Below, one piece after another: positions 60,731-64,000 of a stretch of 64,000 nucleotides of DNA (within the stretch, counting starts at the first letter, position 1; every line of letters starts with the position of its first letter). Made by a program: the position numbers and the translations under genes. This DNA comes from Candidatus Poribacteria bacterium (lineage in GTDB: Bacteria > Poribacteria > WGA-4E > PCPOR2b), in assembly GCA_965198175.1 (NCBI GenBank), contig OZ240245.1, forward strand, positions 2,912,001-2,976,000, read 5' to 3'. Under the pieces are notes generated by a model. It did no database searches and had not been told where the DNA came from. It saw only the letters and a list, made by a program, of their open reading frames with translations.

Positions 60731-60731
60731 C

Positions 60732-63674
60732 ATGGAAATTAAGCGAACTAGATTGACCAAATTGACTCAATTGCTGATAGCACACTGCATGTTTAGCGTT
60801 GCACGTTGCGTGTTGCGCATCACGGCTCCTTCACCGATGCTTTTATTTTTCTTCTTCTGTCTGTTTGCTTTTCTTTCTATCTCCCAAAACAGTTGGACGC
60901 AGGGATTTGGCAAAAATAAAGTCACCGATGAACCCTTCGACTGGAAAATTCACCGGACCGAGCATTTTGATATTCATTACTACCCTAGCGAAGAACGGCT
61001 TGTTCCAATTATGGCGGATATAGCGGAAGAAGCCTATGAAAAGCATAGCGAGGATTTTGACCACGAAATCAAAGATCGCACCCCGCTTATCCTATATCAA
61101 TCCCACAAAGATTTTCAAGAGACTAATATTATTCTGCAGGAGATTCACGAAGGCATTGGTGGATTTGCAGAGATTTTCAAACGCCGCATGGTGATTCCCT
61201 TCACCGGCTCAATGGAGGCGTTTCGAGAAGTCATCTTTCACGAATTGGTTCATATCTTTCAGTACGATATCATCTATCAGAAACCCGTTGCTCACATCTA
61301 TAGCGGTGAATTCCTTTACTCACCCCCCATTTGGTTTATTGAAGGATCAGCAGACTACTTTGGTGAAGACAACGATACCATCGGAGAAATGGTCTTAAGG
61401 GATGCAAGCATCGCCAATTTCATCGTCCCATTGACCCGCCTTCAAGATTTTCGTGTTCTTGGTCCACACGTCTTTCTTGGGTATAAGATGGGTCAATCCG
61501 CGGTCGATTACTTGGTGGAAACTTATGGGCGAGACAAAGTGGGGCAGATCATGCATGAGTTGAGACACATCCGAACAAAAGACCTCGACATAGCCTTCAA
61601 AAATGTGCTTGGAATAGGCCTCGAAGAGTTCGATAAAAGTTGGCGTCGGGTGATACAGAAGAAATATTGGCCCATGGTTGAGCATAAGGATACGCCGGAT
61701 ACCATTGCCAAGAACCTGACTGAAGAATCCCGATATTCCAGTAACGTCAAGCCGGTTTGGTCCCCCAGTGGAGACATTATCGCCTACATCACAGGCAGTG
61801 ACGGATTTGGGGAAATTGTCCTCATGTCTGCAAAGACCGGGAAAAGACTCGACCGAATCAGCAAACGTTTCTTTGGGAGCAAATATGAAGATCTCCGCAT
61901 GGAGGGCAGTGGGATTGCCTGGTCGCCTGATGGCGATTGCATTTTGTGCATTGCTAAGCATCACGGAACAGACTATTTGCTGGAAATTGATATTATCACT
62001 AAAAAGCTAAAACGTCGCCTCAAACTCGACTTCGATGCAGCTTATTCACCAAGCTATGATGGAACTGGCGACCGCATCGTTTGTGCTGCATTAAACGACG
62101 GACAAGCAGATTTATATGTCATTGAGCTAGTAACCGGGGAAATTACTCGATTGACTAACGATCCCTTCAATGACAACCATCCATCATGGCACCCAACGAA
62201 GGAAGAAGTCATCTATTCTTCGGAACGCGAAGGCAAGAACAAGTTAATCATCATTGATGTGAGCGGTCGCAGCCAGCGCCAGTTGACTTACGGCGAACAC
62301 AACGCCGTGAGTCCGAACTGGGCACCTGATGCGGAGAAACTAATCTTCTGCTCAGACCTGCACGGTGTCTATGATCTGCACACAATTAAGCCCGATGGAA
62401 CGGAACTCACGCGATTGACAAGTATTATCACAGGTTGTTTCAATCCCAGCCTTGACCCCGATCAGAAACGTATTGTCTTTACAGCGTACCAAAACGGCAG
62501 ACAGGATATATACCTCATGGATGTGGCGAAGGCAATGAATGAAAAGATTGACATGCCGCCTTTGGATGTCCAGCCGATTGTTGCGGAGTCTTCCACCCCA
62601 TCTCCCCGCCGGATTGGTCGCCGAAAGTACGATACCAACATCTCCTTAGACGCTATTTTTACGAACTTTAACATGGGCGCCGACGGTCTTTTGCGCAACA
62701 CGACAGAGTTCATCGCAAGCGATATGATGGGCAATCATCGCTTGGGAGCAAGTTTGATAAATCAGTCAGGCTTCCTCGCGCCGGATTTCATCCTACGATA
62801 CGGCTTTCTCGCACGTCGTAGCGATATTGGTGCAGCCCTTTTCAACTACCATGAATATCACCTTTTGGGCACGACACGCGATCGCCGCGGCATTTTACAA
62901 CGCACGACGGGCTTAATGGGATTCATGAGCTATCCCTTCAATCGCTATCGTCGTATGGACATGCACATCTTAATGTATTCCACTCCGTTCTCCTTCAATT
63001 TTGAGCCAGACTCGGCGCGTAGACTTGACGATAATCGAGCCATCCTCTTTCTCGGATCACTTTCTCTCGTCGGCGACTCCACAATGTGGAAAGTGTTTGG
63101 TCCCCATTCGGGCACCCGCTATAAACTTACCTTTGAGAAGTCGTTCCGGGCGTTAGGAAGCGAACTTCAACTGACGAATCTCATCTTCGACGCGCGCCGC
63201 TATTTTAAGCTTGGCAGACGTTCAACATTCGCAACTCGTTTGCTTTTGGCGGGCAGTTTTGGCCCAGATAATTCCCTCTTTTATCTCGGCGGCATTGATA
63301 CGCTCAGAGGATATCGTTATCAGGACCTAATCGGTACACGCATGGGGTTACTGAACTTCGAAATACGGATTCCATTCATTGACGAGTTGCGGTTTGGTTG
63401 GCCCTTCCCTTGGGCAATTGGTGGGATTCGTGGGATTGTCTTCTCTGACTTTGGCACGGTTTGGTCGGAGGCGCTACACCGTGACAACCCATACAACGTC
63501 TTCCATAAAGAAAAAAAACGCTACCGCCTTGATGATGTCAAAGCTTCAATTGGCATTGGACTCCGATTACAACTTGGATTCTTCTCTCTTGATTTTGATG
63601 TGGCACGTCGAACAGACCTCGCTGAGGTAGATCCGGACACAATGTTCCACTTCGGGCTAAGCCAAGCGTTTTAG
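60732..63674 (+). CDS. peptidase-MA-like + PD40/TolB propeller + Omp85 (BamA/TamA) barrel fusion
   Basis: HELVH, WFIEGSADY, P.WSP.G repeats, GGIDTLRGY, C-terminal FHFGLSQAF. Confidence 0.85.
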   Translation: MEIKRTRLTKLTQLLIAHCMFSVARCVLRITAPSPMLLFFFFCLFAFLSISQNSWTQGFGKNKVTDEPFDWKIHRTEHFDIHYYPSEERLVPIMADIAEEAYEKHSEDFDHEIKDRTPLILYQSHKDFQETNIILQEIHEGIGGFAEIFKRRMVIPFTGSMEAFREVIFHELVHIFQYDIIYQKPVAHIYSGEFLYSPPIWFIEGSADYFGEDNDTIGEMVLRDASIANFIVPLTRLQDFRVLGPHVFLGYKMGQSAVDYLVETYGRDKVGQIMHELRHIRTKDLDIAFKNVLGIGLEEFDKSWRRVIQKKYWPMVEHKDTPDTIAKNLTEESRYSSNVKPVWSPSGDIIAYITGSDGFGEIVLMSAKTGKRLDRISKRFFGSKYEDLRMEGSGIAWSPDGDCILCIAKHHGTDYLLEIDIITKKLKRRLKLDFDAAYSPSYDGTGDRIVCAALNDGQADLYVIELVTGEITRLTNDPFNDNHPSWHPTKEEVIYSSEREGKNKLIIIDVSGRSQRQLTYGEHNAVSPNWAPDAEKLIFCSDLHGVYDLHTIKPDGTELTRLTSIITGCFNPSLDPDQKRIVFTAYQNGRQDIYLMDVAKAMNEKIDMPPLDVQPIVAESSTPSPRRIGRRKYDTNISLDAIFTNFNMGADGLLRNTTEFIASDMMGNHRLGASLINQSGFLAPDFILRYGFLARRSDIGAALFNYHEYHLLGTTRDRRGILQRTTGLMGFMSYPFNRYRRMDMHILMYSTPFSFNFEPDSARRLDDNRAILFLGSLSLVGDSTMWKVFGPHSGTRYKLTFEKSFRALGSELQLTNLIFDARRYFKLGRRSTFATRLLLAGSFGPDNSLFYLGGIDTLRGYRYQDLIGTRMGLLNFEIRIPFIDELRFGWPFPWAIGGIRGIVFSDFGTVWSEALHRDNPYNVFHKEKKRYRLDDVKASIGIGLRLQLGFFSLDFDVARRTDLAEVDPDTMFHFGLSQAF

Positions 63675-63811
63675 ATTTTGGCTGCTGTACTGGTTTAGAC
63701 TTCATCTTCTCTTCGAAGACTCGAAAGGTTTACAAGCCCTTCGAGCCTCCAAGGGGAAATTACATTGCGAATTCACAAATCGCATTAGCCACTAATTGAA
63801 AGTAGGTAAAC

Positions 63812-64000
63812 ATGCAATCACGTTTAACACGACTCATTATTCTCGCCGCTGTATTAGCGGTCATCGCCGGACTCATTGCAATTTTCGTCAATATTTACCC
63901 CAATCTCCTTTGGTTTGATATGGTCGGCTACGTTTCAGTCTATACACAGATTTTATTGACGAAAGTTGCATTGGGTGTCGCTGTCGGCGGTTTCTTTCTC
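63812..64000 (+). CDS. UPF0182-family membrane protein, 5' fragment
   Basis: Hand translation MQSRLTRLIILAAVLAV...YPNLLWFDMVGYVSVYTQILLTK. Confidence 0.7.
   Translation, partial: MQSRLTRLIILAAVLAVIAGLIAIFVNIYPNLLWFDMVGYVSVYTQILLTKVALGVAVGGFFL

Overview
Bacterial chromosomal window. The gene content (secreted WD40 and TPR repeat proteins, two PhyH dioxygenases, GH116, hydantoinase/oxoprolinase pair) resembles Ca. Poribacteria-type sponge symbionts; this taxonomy is inference only. Housekeeping genes (cysC, rpsU, coaBC, topA, accD, rpiA) flank two accessory regions. (1) About 8.6-22.3 kb: a Type I R-M locus (hsdM, hsdS, hsdR) split by cargo. Between hsdM and hsdS sits a module with a perfect sigma70 promoter, a short terminated hairpin RNA, 10-bp-phased TGTGA arrays and a triple-HTH protein. 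Between hsdS and hsdR sit an ABC-ATPase/TOPRIM-like pair, a MITE inside a REP-like palindrome, three toxin-less antitoxins and a large PD-(D/E)XK/NERD-like protein. (2) About 49.2-54.7 kb: a membrane-anchored PD-(D/E)XK protein, a UDG-superfamily-like protein, Nmad3 and an XamI-family Type II R-M pair. The methyltransferase overlaps a UbiA prenyltransferase / class II terpene cyclase / GT2 cluster, a candidate meroterpenoid or cyclised-lipid pathway. No rRNA, tRNA, CRISPR array, integrase or transposase was recognised. All family calls come from motif recognition by eye, with no database searches.
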